A DNA stretch of 63,150 bases, the filler included, from a candidate division WOR-3 bacterium (GTDB lineage: Bacteria; SDB-A): NCBI GenBank assembly GCA_016934535.1. It is 3 parts of 3 records of this genome, joined end to end, with 100 filler letters (N's around TTAATTAATTAA, not from the genome) between each part and the next. Parts side by side here need not be neighbours in the genome. Positions count along the whole stretch, not along the records: positions 1 to 30,163 come from JAFGSQ010000029.1; 2 more parts are not named here. One strand, given 5' to 3'. Under the pieces are notes generated by a model. That model made no database searches, had not been told where the DNA came from, and saw only the letters and a list, made by a program, of their open reading frames with translations. The position numbers and the translations under genes are program-made. This document shows, one piece after another, positions 1-9,632 of the stretch; within the stretch, counting starts at the first letter, position 1, and each line of letters opens with the position of its first letter.

Positions 1-69
1 AAACAGCAGTTCAAGCTCAATCAGGATCCCACAGTTTGGGAAAAGTACAGGTCGCAGGTCGGCAGGTAA
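1..69 (+). CDS. 3' end of an upstream CDS (KQQFKLNQDPTVWEKYRSQVGR*), product unknown
   Basis: Frame +1 is open from the window edge to TAA at 67-69 and is followed by a terminator hairpin. Confidence 0.55.
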   Translation, partial: KQQFKLNQDPTVWEKYRSQVGR

Positions 70-91
70 TTAATTTCCTGGATTTTTGATG

Positions 92-122
92 AAAAAGGGG
101 AGAAAATTCTCCCCTTTTTTTT
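92..122 (+). terminator. Rho-independent terminator (bidirectional-looking)
   Basis: AAAAAGGGGAGA-AAAT-TCTCCCCTTTTTTTT inverted repeat with T-tract. Confidence 0.8.
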
Positions 123-127
123 ATAAC

Positions 128-1057
128 ATGGCAGAGATATTCATAGACCTTCCGAGCAAACTGGCTCTCGCATTTGTCGGACCCCGAGACGAATACCTCA
201 GAATTTTAAAATCTAAATTTGACTGCAAGTTTTTTTTGCACGGAGAACAAGTTATAATACGAGGAGACGAAAAATCGATCAAAGAGGCTTCGAAAGCAGT
301 GTACAACTTGATATCATGCATTGAAGAAGGTTCATTGAGAGACGAGACGGATTTTATGGATGTGTTGGAAAAAGGAAATTTAAAATCGTCAGAAAACAAA
401 ACTCTGATAAACACGCCCTGTATAAAGATTTACCCGAGAAGCGAAGGACAAAATAAATACATCAGGGAAATTGACAGGAGCGAATTGACAATATGCATAG
501 GCCCTGCAGGAACAGGTAAAACATTTCTTGCCGTTGCCAAGGCAGTTGAAATGATGACGGAAAAGAGAATAAAGAAAATTATTCTGACCAGACCTGCGGT
601 TGAAGCCGGAGAGAATCTCGGATACCTGCCGGGAGATCTGATAGAAAAAGTTCAGCCTTATCTCAGGCCTCTGTACGATTCACTCGAGATGACCTTGTCA
701 AAGGATAAAATGAAGAAATTCATAGAATTCGGCCTGATAGAGGTCGCGCCACTGGCATTCATGAGAGGCAGAACTCTTAACGAAGCCTTCATAATTCTCG
801 ACGAAGCTCAGAATACCACTCCTCCGCAGATGAAAATGTTTTTGACAAGACTGGGCAGAAACTCAAAAACAGTAATATGCGGAGACGTCACTCAAAGTGA
901 TTTAATAGAGGGTCAATCCGGTCTTGTCGAGATAAAATCGCTTCTGGGAGGGATAAACGGTATTGGAATATCGGTTTTAACCCGGGAAGACGTAGTGAGA
1001 CACAGATTGGTAAAAGAAATTATTAAGGCGTACGAAGAAGCGAATGAAAATAAATAA
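128..1057 (+). CDS. phoH: PhoH family ATPase (YbeZ/PhoL-like)
   Basis: GPAGTGKT P-loop, LTRPAVEAGE, LGYLPG, FMRGRT, DEAQN, DVVRH. Start set at ATG 128 because the ORF-track start lies inside the terminator. Confidence 0.93.
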   Translation: MAEIFIDLPSKLALAFVGPRDEYLRILKSKFDCKFFLHGEQVIIRGDEKSIKEASKAVYNLISCIEEGSLRDETDFMDVLEKGNLKSSENKTLINTPCIKIYPRSEGQNKYIREIDRSELTICIGPAGTGKTFLAVAKAVEMMTEKRIKKIILTRPAVEAGENLGYLPGDLIEKVQPYLRPLYDSLEMTLSKDKMKKFIEFGLIEVAPLAFMRGRTLNEAFIILDEAQNTTPPQMKMFLTRLGRNSKTVICGDVTQSDLIEGQSGLVEIKSLLGGINGIGISVLTREDVVRHRLVKEIIKAYEEANENK

Positions 1058-3380
1058 ATACAATACAGCTTTTTTCGGCTGGAGATTTTTTTCGATAATT
1101 GCCGTAGTTTTTACGGCAGAGATAATCTCACATCCTCCTTCGAGAAAATCTCTGACATTCATACCCGGAGATGTCTCTGACAGGACCATACTTTCTCCTG
1201 TCGAGTTCAAGGTCTTGAAATCAAGTGAAAGCCTGTCCGCGGAATCGGCGTACGTAAAAGACACAGTGACACCAGTATTGAACAAAACTGACGTCTACGG
1301 GCGCAGTCTCGCAAAAAGAGACACTTTCATGTTTTTTCTCGACTCTTGCAGTCTGAGATATTTCGAAATTGATTCATACGGAAATTTTCAACCCCCTTTG
1401 TTCAGGGAAACAAATTTAAACGCCTTCTATGAATGGCTTCAGCCGAGAAATCTGACTAAAAACCAGTTTGACAGTATATGCAGAACTCTCGATTCGCGCA
1501 ATGTTTTAAATCTTTCCAAATCTTTGAGCGAGTTGATTGACACCGTAGTGTCCATAGGCATCTGTGAAAATTTTACTCAAAACAGGCAGAAAACGATAAT
1601 TATTATTGAACCAGACGGAATAACTCAAACACAAAAACCTCAGGCATCCGTGCTATTCAGCGTTGATCAGCTCAGCGATGCGATTCTGGCGTATTCTGCG
1701 TACAGGAAAGAAGACACTCTTTTGTTGAGAAACGCTTTGAGAAAAATCGCCGAGGTTAATTTATTTTATGACAAGAATTGGACAAACTCAAAAATCGACT
1801 CGGCCCTTCGTTCCATAGATCCATACACGGGTGTAAAAGTCAGCAAAGGAGCCGAAATTCTCCGGCAAAACCAGCAGATAACCTCCGAGGATTCGGTTAA
1901 AATTGAATCTCTTATAAAGTTTGTCGGAGAAGACGATCCGCAGATAATAAACCTTCTCGGTAAAGCCAGATACAGGATAAAAGATGTCGCGGGAAGAGTC
2001 ATAACAGTTGCCGTTGTATTCTTTCTCTCGTTTCTCTTCATTTCTTTCCTTTGCCCCAAAACGTGGAAAACAAAATCGAGGATGCTGCTTTTTATACTTA
2101 TTGTTTTTCTGACGGCAGTGACTACTTGTGTTTTGATAAAATACCTTGGCCCCTCCGGGAATGACCTCGCCCCGCAGTTCCCTTCGGAAAATTTCAGAGA
2201 CAATCTGATCGCTCTCGCTCCCGTCGCTCTTGGAGGATTTCTGATAGTTCTTCTGATAGGTCCTTTGGAAGCAATAATAGGGGTGATAATATTGTCTGTA
2301 CTGGCGGCGGTATACTGGAATTTCTCCCTCAATCTCTTTCTCGTCCTCGTAGCGGGCAGTGCGTCCGTAATTGCTGTTTCCCGCAAGATACACAGAAGAT
2401 CCAGCTTCTACACCGCACTCATCGCAATGTTTGCAAGTATGGTGCTGATTTCTTTTGCCTTGTTTCTGTCGGAAGATCTTCCTGTCAAAGCGTTTTGGAA
2501 CTCTGTTCTGGTCTCATTCATAAGCTCTACTTTATCCGTGTTTTTCGCTCTCGGACTGATTTCTCTTTTTGAAAGACTTTTCAACGTTGTCACATACATG
2601 AAGCTTCTGGAACTTTCTCTCGACAATCAGCCTCTGCTTTACAGAATGGCTCGCGAAGCTCAGGGTACTAAGTATCATTCACTGATAGTTGGAGACATAG
2701 CCGAAGCCGCTGCAAAAGCAATTGGAGCCAATTCCGTGCTGACTAAAGTCGGTGCTTATTATCACGATATCGGAAAAATTGAAAACCCGGATAATTTCAT
2801 AGAGAACCAGTCGGTCACCGGAAAGAACATACACGACAGCATATCACCGAGGGAAAGTGCGCGTCTGCTGAGAAAGCACGTAGAGGATGGTAAAATTCTT
2901 GCAGCCAAGCACAAATTACCTTCAGAGATAAGAGAGTTCATAGAGACACATCACGGGACGAATGTTATGGAAGTGTTTCTGCATAAAGCCTCTATCGCCA
3001 AGAACATCGGCGGTCCCGACATAGACGAAGCTGAATTCAGGTATCACGGACCTTTGCCCAAAAGCAAGGAAGCTACTATCGTGATGCTGGCAGACAGCAT
3101 TGAAGCGGCGTGCAGGAGTCTTAAAAATCCTTCAGAAGATGACATAAGGAACAAGATAAAATCGATTTTTGAAAGAAGAATTAATGACGGTCAGTTGAAG
3201 GATTCGGAGTTGTCAATGTACGAACTTCATCAGGCAGAGGACGTGTTCGTCAGACAGATGGTCAGCCTGTATCATCCGAGAATTCAATACCCGTCTGATA
3301 ACAAGAGAAATGAAGAACCGGATAAAGATAATCCCGGGGAAGCTGAAGAACAAGACCCGGATAAAGAAGTTAGTACTTAA
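1044..3380 (+). CDS. 7TM-HD (HDIG) phosphohydrolase, PgpH/YqfF-like putative c-di-AMP phosphodiesterase
   Basis: Extracytoplasmic region, multi-TM block, HSLIVG / YYHDIGK / HHGT / MLADS motifs; classical phoH-HD-ybeY context. Confidence 0.85.
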   Translation: MKINKYNTAFFGWRFFSIIAVVFTAEIISHPPSRKSLTFIPGDVSDRTILSPVEFKVLKSSESLSAESAYVKDTVTPVLNKTDVYGRSLAKRDTFMFFLDSCSLRYFEIDSYGNFQPPLFRETNLNAFYEWLQPRNLTKNQFDSICRTLDSRNVLNLSKSLSELIDTVVSIGICENFTQNRQKTIIIIEPDGITQTQKPQASVLFSVDQLSDAILAYSAYRKEDTLLLRNALRKIAEVNLFYDKNWTNSKIDSALRSIDPYTGVKVSKGAEILRQNQQITSEDSVKIESLIKFVGEDDPQIINLLGKARYRIKDVAGRVITVAVVFFLSFLFISFLCPKTWKTKSRMLLFILIVFLTAVTTCVLIKYLGPSGNDLAPQFPSENFRDNLIALAPVALGGFLIVLLIGPLEAIIGVIILSVLAAVYWNFSLNLFLVLVAGSASVIAVSRKIHRRSSFYTALIAMFASMVLISFALFLSEDLPVKAFWNSVLVSFISSTLSVFFALGLISLFERLFNVVTYMKLLELSLDNQPLLYRMAREAQGTKYHSLIVGDIAEAAAKAIGANSVLTKVGAYYHDIGKIENPDNFIENQSVTGKNIHDSISPRESARLLRKHVEDGKILAAKHKLPSEIREFIETHHGTNVMEVFLHKASIAKNIGGPDIDEAEFRYHGPLPKSKEATIVMLADSIEAACRSLKNPSEDDIRNKIKSIFERRINDGQLKDSELSMYELHQAEDVFVRQMVSLYHPRIQYPSDNKRNEEPDKDNPGEAEEQDPDKEVST

Positions 3381-3741
3381 AACGGCTCACAACCTGTCCG
3401 TAAAAAATCCCTCTTTGAGCCTCGTTTTTGTAAGTAAAACTGATATAATGGAATTCAACAAACGGTACAGAAAAAAAGAGTATGTCACCGATGTGATTTC
3501 TTTTCAGGGTTTTACGGACGATTATCTCGGGGACATAGTTATTTGCGAAGATAGTGTCAGAGATAATTCGATCAGCTTTGGAGTTGACGCCGGCGAAGAA
3601 TTGACAAGAGTCATTGTTCACGGTTTTCTGCACCTTCTGGGCTTCGAAGACGTTACGCCGCACGGCAGAAAGACCATGTGGAAAAAGCAGGAAGAGTTGA
3701 TTTCTCTGCTGAAAGAGGAAAAACTTCTGTGTATTCTCTGA
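3310..3741 (+). CDS. ybeY: rRNA maturation endoribonuclease YbeY
   Basis: TDVISF, LGDIVI and HGFLHLLGF motifs. Confidence 0.92.
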   Translation: MKNRIKIIPGKLKNKTRIKKLVLKTAHNLSVKNPSLSLVFVSKTDIMEFNKRYRKKEYVTDVISFQGFTDDYLGDIVICEDSVRDNSISFGVDAGEELTRVIVHGFLHLLGFEDVTPHGRKTMWKKQEELISLLKEEKLLCIL

Positions 3742-4952
3742 TAGCTTGCCTTGCACTTTTATTTCTGTCGGCTTCATTTTCTGCTTCAGAAACCGCAATA
3801 TTTTCGCTCCCTTCCTACGCAGTTAATTCATGCAGAAATTCAGGATTCAAGGGAAAAGCTCTTCACAGGCTTTATTTTTCACCAAATTTCACCTTGCCGC
3901 TTCTTCTTTTCAGCAATACAGTCGTCAATATAATTCTGTCGGTATTGTCTTTCAGGATAGTGCTGGCCGTTTTTCACAAAACGGAGGGTGACACCGCAAC
4001 CGTCGTCTTTAATATAACGGCAGTGACGATTCTTTTGCTTGTATTCGGTGAATTCGGGCCCAAACTGCTCGCAATCAGAAAAACCATGAAGACAGCCTTT
4101 GCCCTCAGCCCTTTTGTTTACGTCCTCGGTTTTGTCCTCTATCCTTTCATAAAACCGCTCGAATTGTTTCTGGAAGTCGTTTTAAAAGACAGACAGAGTG
4201 AGATTCTTTCTCCTTCGGAAGTTCTTTTTTTACTGCACAAAGCGCGAAATTCGGAAATGACCAACGACTCGGTTAAATGGAAACTGACGTATTCTCTGGT
4301 GTCCTTGAACCAGACCGAGGCGAAAGATATCATGAGGTCAAGGCAGCGTATTCCGTCAATAGAAAAGGACGCCACCTGGGAGGAGGCAAAGTCGGTTTTT
4401 AAAAAATCAACTGTCAAAACCCTTCTCGTATACGATAAAAATCTCGACGATGTAGCCGGAACGTTAGACCTGTCCAAGTGCATTTCCAGAGGAATCGGCG
4501 ACGGTGACTCCGTTAAACACCTGGTAGACCCGGCGACTTTTGTTCCCACCTCTGCGAAACTGACGGCCATAATAGACGATTTGAATAAAACGGGCGACAT
4601 ATATTTTGTCGTCAAGGATGAGTATGGACAGACATCCGGAATAGTGACGGAGGACGACATACTGGGTTATCTGTTCGGGGATAATAGCCAATCCAAAAAG
4701 ATCAGGAAAAAAGAAATCTTCCTCAAAAATTCAGAATTTGACGGAGAATGCACTTTGAGGGAAATATCTGAATCACTAAATTTCTATATAGATCCTGCTC
4801 TGGCCGATAAAACGGTTGGAAAATATATCCTTGAAAATTTTAAGGACATACCGAAAAAGAACGATGAAATCGTTTTGGGTGATAAAGGTATCAGGGTTGA
4901 AAAGGTGAAGAAAAACAAAATTGTAAAAGTAAGTGTTTTTCAGGAGGAATGA
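3729..4952 (+). CDS. CNNM/DUF21-CBS-CorC hemolysin-family membrane protein
   Basis: FSASETAIFSL, GEFGPK, CBS pair, DEYGQTSGIVT. GTG start at 3729 inferred. Confidence 0.88.
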   Translation: MYSLIACLALLFLSASFSASETAIFSLPSYAVNSCRNSGFKGKALHRLYFSPNFTLPLLLFSNTVVNIILSVLSFRIVLAVFHKTEGDTATVVFNITAVTILLLVFGEFGPKLLAIRKTMKTAFALSPFVYVLGFVLYPFIKPLELFLEVVLKDRQSEILSPSEVLFLLHKARNSEMTNDSVKWKLTYSLVSLNQTEAKDIMRSRQRIPSIEKDATWEEAKSVFKKSTVKTLLVYDKNLDDVAGTLDLSKCISRGIGDGDSVKHLVDPATFVPTSAKLTAIIDDLNKTGDIYFVVKDEYGQTSGIVTEDDILGYLFGDNSQSKKIRKKEIFLKNSEFDGECTLREISESLNFYIDPALADKTVGKYILENFKDIPKKNDEIVLGDKGIRVEKVKKNKIVKVSVFQEE

Positions 4953-6160
4953 TGACGCTGATCGTTTATTCTTCCCTCGTATGCCTGTGCCTTCTTCTTC
5001 TGGCAATGTTCACTTCATCGGAGCTCGCATTGGTCAGCGCTAGATCCGAAAAAGTCGCCGGGACCGGTTCGAGGGGGAAAAAATCCGCCCTGAAGATACT
5101 GGGGAAGGTCGAGGAAAATCTTTCGGCACTTCTTGTCGGAATGAACATTTGTATAGTCGCAATGAGCACTTTGACTGAAAGCCTTTTCGATATTGTCTTT
5201 AAACAACACAACGCGGTATATTCCGTGATCTTCGATTTTGCCGTGATACTTCTACTCGGAGAGATCATCCCCAAGAGCCTGAGTAAGATTAACTCGAGTT
5301 CTTCGATTTTGTTTCTTTCTCCTTTTATTTATTATTCTTCTGTAATTCTCAAGCCGTTTTCTGTTTTTATAAACGCTTTTTCTTCTAAAATGCTTGATGT
5401 AATTAACGTAAGATATACCGGTGAAAGAAGAGTTTCTGATTTTGATAACGCAGTGAGAGATTTTTCGAGAGAAGGAATGCTGGCTCCGCATTCAAGGATA
5501 CTCGAAGGAGGCGTCGATGCTTTGAGGAAGCTGAAAGTCTCCGCTCTCATGAAACCCAGAAAATCAGCGGCTTTCTGCAAAGAAGAAAACGGATACGAAG
5601 GAGCTCTCAGCGTATACAGAAAAACCGGGCATTCAAAAATTGTGTCAATAGGCAAGAACATTGACGATGTCCGCGGAGTTTACTACATAAGGGATTCAGT
5701 GAAAAAAAGTACAAAATCCCCCAGACCCCCCTTTTTCATGTATGAAAAAGCCTCTTTCATCAAAGCGTTGGAAATATTCAGCGACATAAAAGACGACCTT
5801 GCTGTTTGCGTCGATGAGTATGGTCAGGTGACGGGAATACTGACGAGGGTCGATCTCATACTCTGCTTTTCTAACATATTTTATCTTAGCGGAAAAAATC
5901 CGTTCGTATTAAAAAGGAAAAAGAACGGTGATTTTGTTTTCAGATCCGAAACAAGACTGGGTTTATTGGCCGATTTGTACGATCTGGACTTGTCGAGGGA
6001 ATATTACGACGGCGACTGCACTGTATCGAGTTACATTCTAGATCTAAAACGAAGCATACCCGGATCGAACGAAGTGTTTTTTTTCGACAAGCTTTCGCTG
6101 ACGGTTGAGGAAAGCACCGTCAAGGAAATCAGATCCGTGTCCGTAAAGAAATCTGACTGA
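4949..6160 (+). CDS. Second CNNM/DUF21-CBS-CorC protein
   Basis: FTSSELALVS, GEIIPKS, VDEYGQVTGILT. Confidence 0.85.
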   Translation: MMTLIVYSSLVCLCLLLLAMFTSSELALVSARSEKVAGTGSRGKKSALKILGKVEENLSALLVGMNICIVAMSTLTESLFDIVFKQHNAVYSVIFDFAVILLLGEIIPKSLSKINSSSSILFLSPFIYYSSVILKPFSVFINAFSSKMLDVINVRYTGERRVSDFDNAVRDFSREGMLAPHSRILEGGVDALRKLKVSALMKPRKSAAFCKEENGYEGALSVYRKTGHSKIVSIGKNIDDVRGVYYIRDSVKKSTKSPRPPFFMYEKASFIKALEIFSDIKDDLAVCVDEYGQVTGILTRVDLILCFSNIFYLSGKNPFVLKRKKNGDFVFRSETRLGLLADLYDLDLSREYYDGDCTVSSYILDLKRSIPGSNEVFFFDKLSLTVEESTVKEIRSVSVKKSD

Positions 6161-6177
6161 GAACGGGACGCGCAACA

Positions 6178-7179
6178 ATGACAGCGGAGAGCCTCGGGAA
6201 CCTTTTGAGAGAACTGGCCGATGAAATGAGGCTGGACGGAATCGGCTTCACTGATGCGGAGCCTGTCGAGGGAAACTACAACAGGAAAATCCATTACGAG
6301 GGCCAGTTCGTGCCGGATGAAAGATTCCATTCTCCGCGCCTCGTTCGACCTTGGGCCAGAAGCGTCGTGGCGGGAATAATATCGTACAACACTAAAGAAA
6401 GAGAAGATGCTGAATCAGGATATGGAATCCTGGCGCGGTATGTGCGGGGAAATTACTATCACCTTCTTCGCAGAAAAATGAAGCGAATAGCCGAAAAATT
6501 TTCCGTGATCACAGGCGAAAAGGTTTCAAATGTGTACTCCAACGGACCGCTCGACGAGAAATATTTCGCTTTTAAAGCTGGTTTGGGATTCAGAGGAAAA
6601 AACGGACTTCTCATCAACAAGACGCTGGGATCATACGTTTTGATAGCTCTTTTTCTATCTGGGGCAGAATTACCCGCGTCTCAGGTTCAGGATTCTCTCT
6701 GCGGAGAATGCAGGACGTGCAAAGATAAATGTCCGGCAAATTGCTTCAAAGATGACGGATCTTTTTTCAGATTTTACAGGAACACCTGCCTGCAGGAACT
6801 TTCTCAGAGAGACACGGTGATACCGTATGAAATAAAAGCAATTTGGGGCGGCAGGTTTTTCGGTTGCGATGAATGCCAGGAAAAATGCCCCTTCAACGAA
6901 AAATCTTCTGTATCGCTTCACAGGCCTTTCAGGGGTGTTTTGGGCGCGAAAGCGGATATTTTGTGTTTTTTGGAAAATCCGGCCGAATACAGAAAAAATT
7001 ATTTTGAAGGATCTCAGCTGAACGCCGGATGGCTAAGGATTGAAGCACTGATCAGAAATGCATTAATTGTATTGGCTTTTCAGAAAGACGACAGAGGAAA
7101 GGTTTTCGCAGAGAAATACATACGTTCGGAAAATGAAGGTATCAGAGATGCAGCTGAATTTTTTTTAAATTCAATTTGA
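6178..7179 (+). CDS. queG: Epoxyqueuosine reductase
   Basis: ARY..G.YH, AGLGFRGKNGLL, CGECRTCKDKCP and GCDECQEKCP Fe-S motifs. Confidence 0.85.
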   Translation: MTAESLGNLLRELADEMRLDGIGFTDAEPVEGNYNRKIHYEGQFVPDERFHSPRLVRPWARSVVAGIISYNTKEREDAESGYGILARYVRGNYYHLLRRKMKRIAEKFSVITGEKVSNVYSNGPLDEKYFAFKAGLGFRGKNGLLINKTLGSYVLIALFLSGAELPASQVQDSLCGECRTCKDKCPANCFKDDGSFFRFYRNTCLQELSQRDTVIPYEIKAIWGGRFFGCDECQEKCPFNEKSSVSLHRPFRGVLGAKADILCFLENPAEYRKNYFEGSQLNAGWLRIEALIRNALIVLAFQKDDRGKVFAEKYIRSENEGIRDAAEFFLNSI

Positions 7180-7224
7180 TTTGACGGGAGGGTTCTATTT
7201 ACAATAATATGATTCGAAAGGCAG

Positions 7225-7689
7225 GTGATGAAAAAGAGGTTTTTTAATATACTGCTGTTCGGTTTGCACATAGTTCTTCCTCTCTCCCTGGGCGGAGCTA
7301 TCTATGTGCTTTTAAGAACAGATAATCTGACGATGTTCAAGTGGTTTGAATCACTGGGATTTTACGGTTTTATTGAGAGCATCAGATCCTCACATCCGAT
7401 CAAAAACGCCGCCTACCCTTATTGGTTCGTTTTCTGCCTTCCAAATGCACTGTGGATTTATTCACTTACCGCATATCTGCTCATTTTGTGGAAAAACGCC
7501 AAAGGAAGATATTTATGGTTCGCGGCTGGTCCTATTATAGGAGTTGTTTCGGAAATTGCACAGATCAACGGTTTGTTTCCAGGAACGTTTGACGGAATTG
7601 ACCTTGCCTTTACTGCGGTTTTTTCAGCAGTGCCATTTATCACACTGAATCCTTTCAGAAAAGAGAGACGAGCGCATGAACAGCAATAA
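7225..7689 (+). CDS. Small multi-TM membrane protein with VanZ-like E..Q...PGTFD..D motif
   Basis: Four hydrophobic segments; LPNALW and SEIAQINGLFPGTFDGIDL. Confidence 0.65.
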   Translation: MMKKRFFNILLFGLHIVLPLSLGGAIYVLLRTDNLTMFKWFESLGFYGFIESIRSSHPIKNAAYPYWFVFCLPNALWIYSLTAYLLILWKNAKGRYLWFAAGPIIGVVSEIAQINGLFPGTFDGIDLAFTAVFSAVPFITLNPFRKERRAHEQQ

Positions 7690-8374
7690 CCTTTCAAGAA
7701 CAATCCTTTCAATAGCGGGAATTGCCGTTTTCTTTGTTTTGGCTCTTGGCAGTTTCGAAAACTCGTGGGGTAAAAAAATAACGTACGAGAACGGCAGTGA
7801 GCTTTATTACAAAAGCCCTGTGATGGAAGAGGACGCACTCGCGCTCGGTGAATATCTGAAAAACGCGGGGTGGTTCGACAAGGACGCGCCGGTGAAAACA
7901 GTGCAGGTTCTGAAAGTCTGGGAGACGTATCAAGTGAGATTTCCTGTTAAAGAAGGTTACGACAAAGATGCGGAATACATCAAAACCTGTAAAATGATGG
8001 CTGAGGAGATCTCCGACCAGGTGTTTAGGGGCAGTCCTGTTGAAATCCATCTTTGCGACGACAGACTCGTCACCCTCACTTCAGTTTCCATCAGGGATAC
8101 AATTGCCGGGTTTTCCTCTCTGAAAGAAGATATCGTCGGTCTTTGGGAAGACGATCAGATTTATATAGAATTTACGGATGACGATTCGATAAAAATAATC
8201 TCATTGAACGGGAAAGACACAATAACAGGCGTGTTTTCTATCGCAGGTTCGAATTCACTGAGAATTGAGACTTCCGATGAGATCATCAATTTATACGACG
8301 TAGAAATCATTTCGGATACGCTTTGTTTCAAGGACGAGGCCGACATAGATCATAAAAGCCTGAGAATCAGGTAG
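7676..8374 (+). CDS. Exported hypothetical protein
   Basis: N-terminal hydrophobic signal ending LALGS; acidic soluble remainder; overlaps the upstream stop. Confidence 0.75.
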   Translation: MNSNNLSRTILSIAGIAVFFVLALGSFENSWGKKITYENGSELYYKSPVMEEDALALGEYLKNAGWFDKDAPVKTVQVLKVWETYQVRFPVKEGYDKDAEYIKTCKMMAEEISDQVFRGSPVEIHLCDDRLVTLTSVSIRDTIAGFSSLKEDIVGLWEDDQIYIEFTDDDSIKIISLNGKDTITGVFSIAGSNSLRIETSDEIINLYDVEIISDTLCFKDEADIDHKSLRIR

Positions 8375-8813
8375 ACTGTTTATCGCTTTTCACGCAATTT
8401 TTCGGGAAATCCTTGTTTTTAATCAAGTAACTCAACGCCGCCAAGCGAAGAATTATGTCGACAGCGGCAACCTTTGCGGCGAGAAAAGAGAAATCTTTCC
8501 ATCCGGGTGTTTGAGGAGCTTTCAGAAAAAGAAATACGACAAAAGCGGCTTCCGCAATTCCGACGATTGCATGTTCTGATATAGCGGCTTTTCTGGTCCA
8601 CTGTTTTCCGTTCCAAAGACATGAGCCCAAGACATGATAGAAAATAGCCGGAGGCATAAAAACCGCGAACCAAACCCACGACGCGCCCAATCCGAGAATG
8701 AAAGCGGTTGTGGCGAAAAAATAACAAAAGAAAACAAAACGCCAGCCGAGTGCCCACGCCTGCCAGGCTGTAGTTTTGAACATTCTATGCCTCGGATAAA
8801 TTTGGCCTATCAA
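8367..8813 (-). CDS. Hypothetical 4-TM membrane protein
   Basis: Hydrophobic ORF whose start overlaps the queF stop; start uncertain. Confidence 0.6.
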   Translation of the reverse strand: MIGQIYPRHRMFKTTAWQAWALGWRFVFFCYFFATTAFILGLGASWVWFAVFMPPAIFYHVLGSCLWNGKQWTRKAAISEHAIVGIAEAAFVVFLFLKAPQTPGWKDFSFLAAKVAAVDIILRLAALSYLIKNKDFPKNCVKSDKQST

Positions 8814-9214
8814 TCTTTCCTCCTTGATTTTTCGTGAGGGCTTTGAACTGTAACAGTTGTTTTTATGCCTCCTCTTATGGAGAACTGACCCCTGACATCA
8901 AGACAGCGAGGTTCTACGGAACACTCGATTTTGTCGAATATAGCGTTGACTGCTTCTTCGTGGGTTACGGCACGATCGCGAAAAGTTTGAAGATACAATT
9001 TGAGGGATTTGAGTTCGAATATCAGGTCATTAGGTCTGTAAGCAATGAAAATTACAGCGTAATCGGGTTGTCCTGTCATTGGGCACAGACACGTGAACTC
9101 GAGAGCTTCTATCTCGATCAGGTAGTCTCTTTTTTTAACCGGGTTTTCGAGAAGCGTGAGCTCGCCTGAGACAGGAACGTCAATGGTTTTTATAGTGTTT
9201 GATGTTTCTTTCAC
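8810..9214 (-). CDS. queF: NADPH-dependent preQ0 reductase (type 1)
   Basis: EFTCLCPMTGQPDY, ELKSLKLYL, THE, RGGI motifs. Confidence 0.93.
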   Translation of the reverse strand: MKETSNTIKTIDVPVSGELTLLENPVKKRDYLIEIEALEFTCLCPMTGQPDYAVIFIAYRPNDLIFELKSLKLYLQTFRDRAVTHEEAVNAIFDKIECSVEPRCLDVRGQFSIRGGIKTTVTVQSPHEKSRRKD

Positions 9215-9224
9215 TTTACGCCTT

Positions 9225-9632
9225 TCACGATGTAGCGCTGATGCTTATATTTTTAATTATTTTTTTTTCCATCTTTTTTGAAAAAATGAGCATGACAATA
9301 AAATCGCAGATTGAAAGGGCAAAAGCCCCGGTGAGAGCGGGTAGATCAGCGGAAAAGATTCTTTGTAGCACTAAAAAAACAGTCAAAAAAACAGCAACTG
9401 GTGATCCAAAAATCAATAAAAGGCGGTAAGATTTCGAAAAAACAGGAAAAACAGCTTTGACTTCCTGGCCGACCCTGAGACCGGATGGGCCGGAAAGCAC
9501 AAGTTCCTGGTTTTTTTTAACGACACAGCTGCCGTAAGCTGAACAGCAGGAACACGCTTCAGGATTGACGTAAAACCTTACAGCGTATCTGCCGTCATTG
9601 AGAATCTCCTGTATGATTCCTTTTTCTTCCAT
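9225..9632 (-). CDS. RseC/MucC (SoxR reducing system) family protein
   Basis: MEEKG start, ACSCCSAYGSC, VGQEV, then two TM helices. Confidence 0.75.
   Translation of the reverse strand: MEEKGIIQEILNDGRYAVRFYVNPEACSCCSAYGSCVVKKNQELVLSGPSGLRVGQEVKAVFPVFSKSYRLLLIFGSPVAVFLTVFLVLQRIFSADLPALTGAFALSICDFIVMLIFSKKMEKKIIKNISISATS

Noticed and set aside
86-127. Extended PhoH N-terminus from the ORF track
   Set aside because: It is the translation of the upstream terminator hairpin
8810-9230. preQ1 riboswitch ahead of queF (or queG)
   Set aside because: Intergenic gaps are only 10-17 nt and no preQ1 stem or A-rich tail is seen
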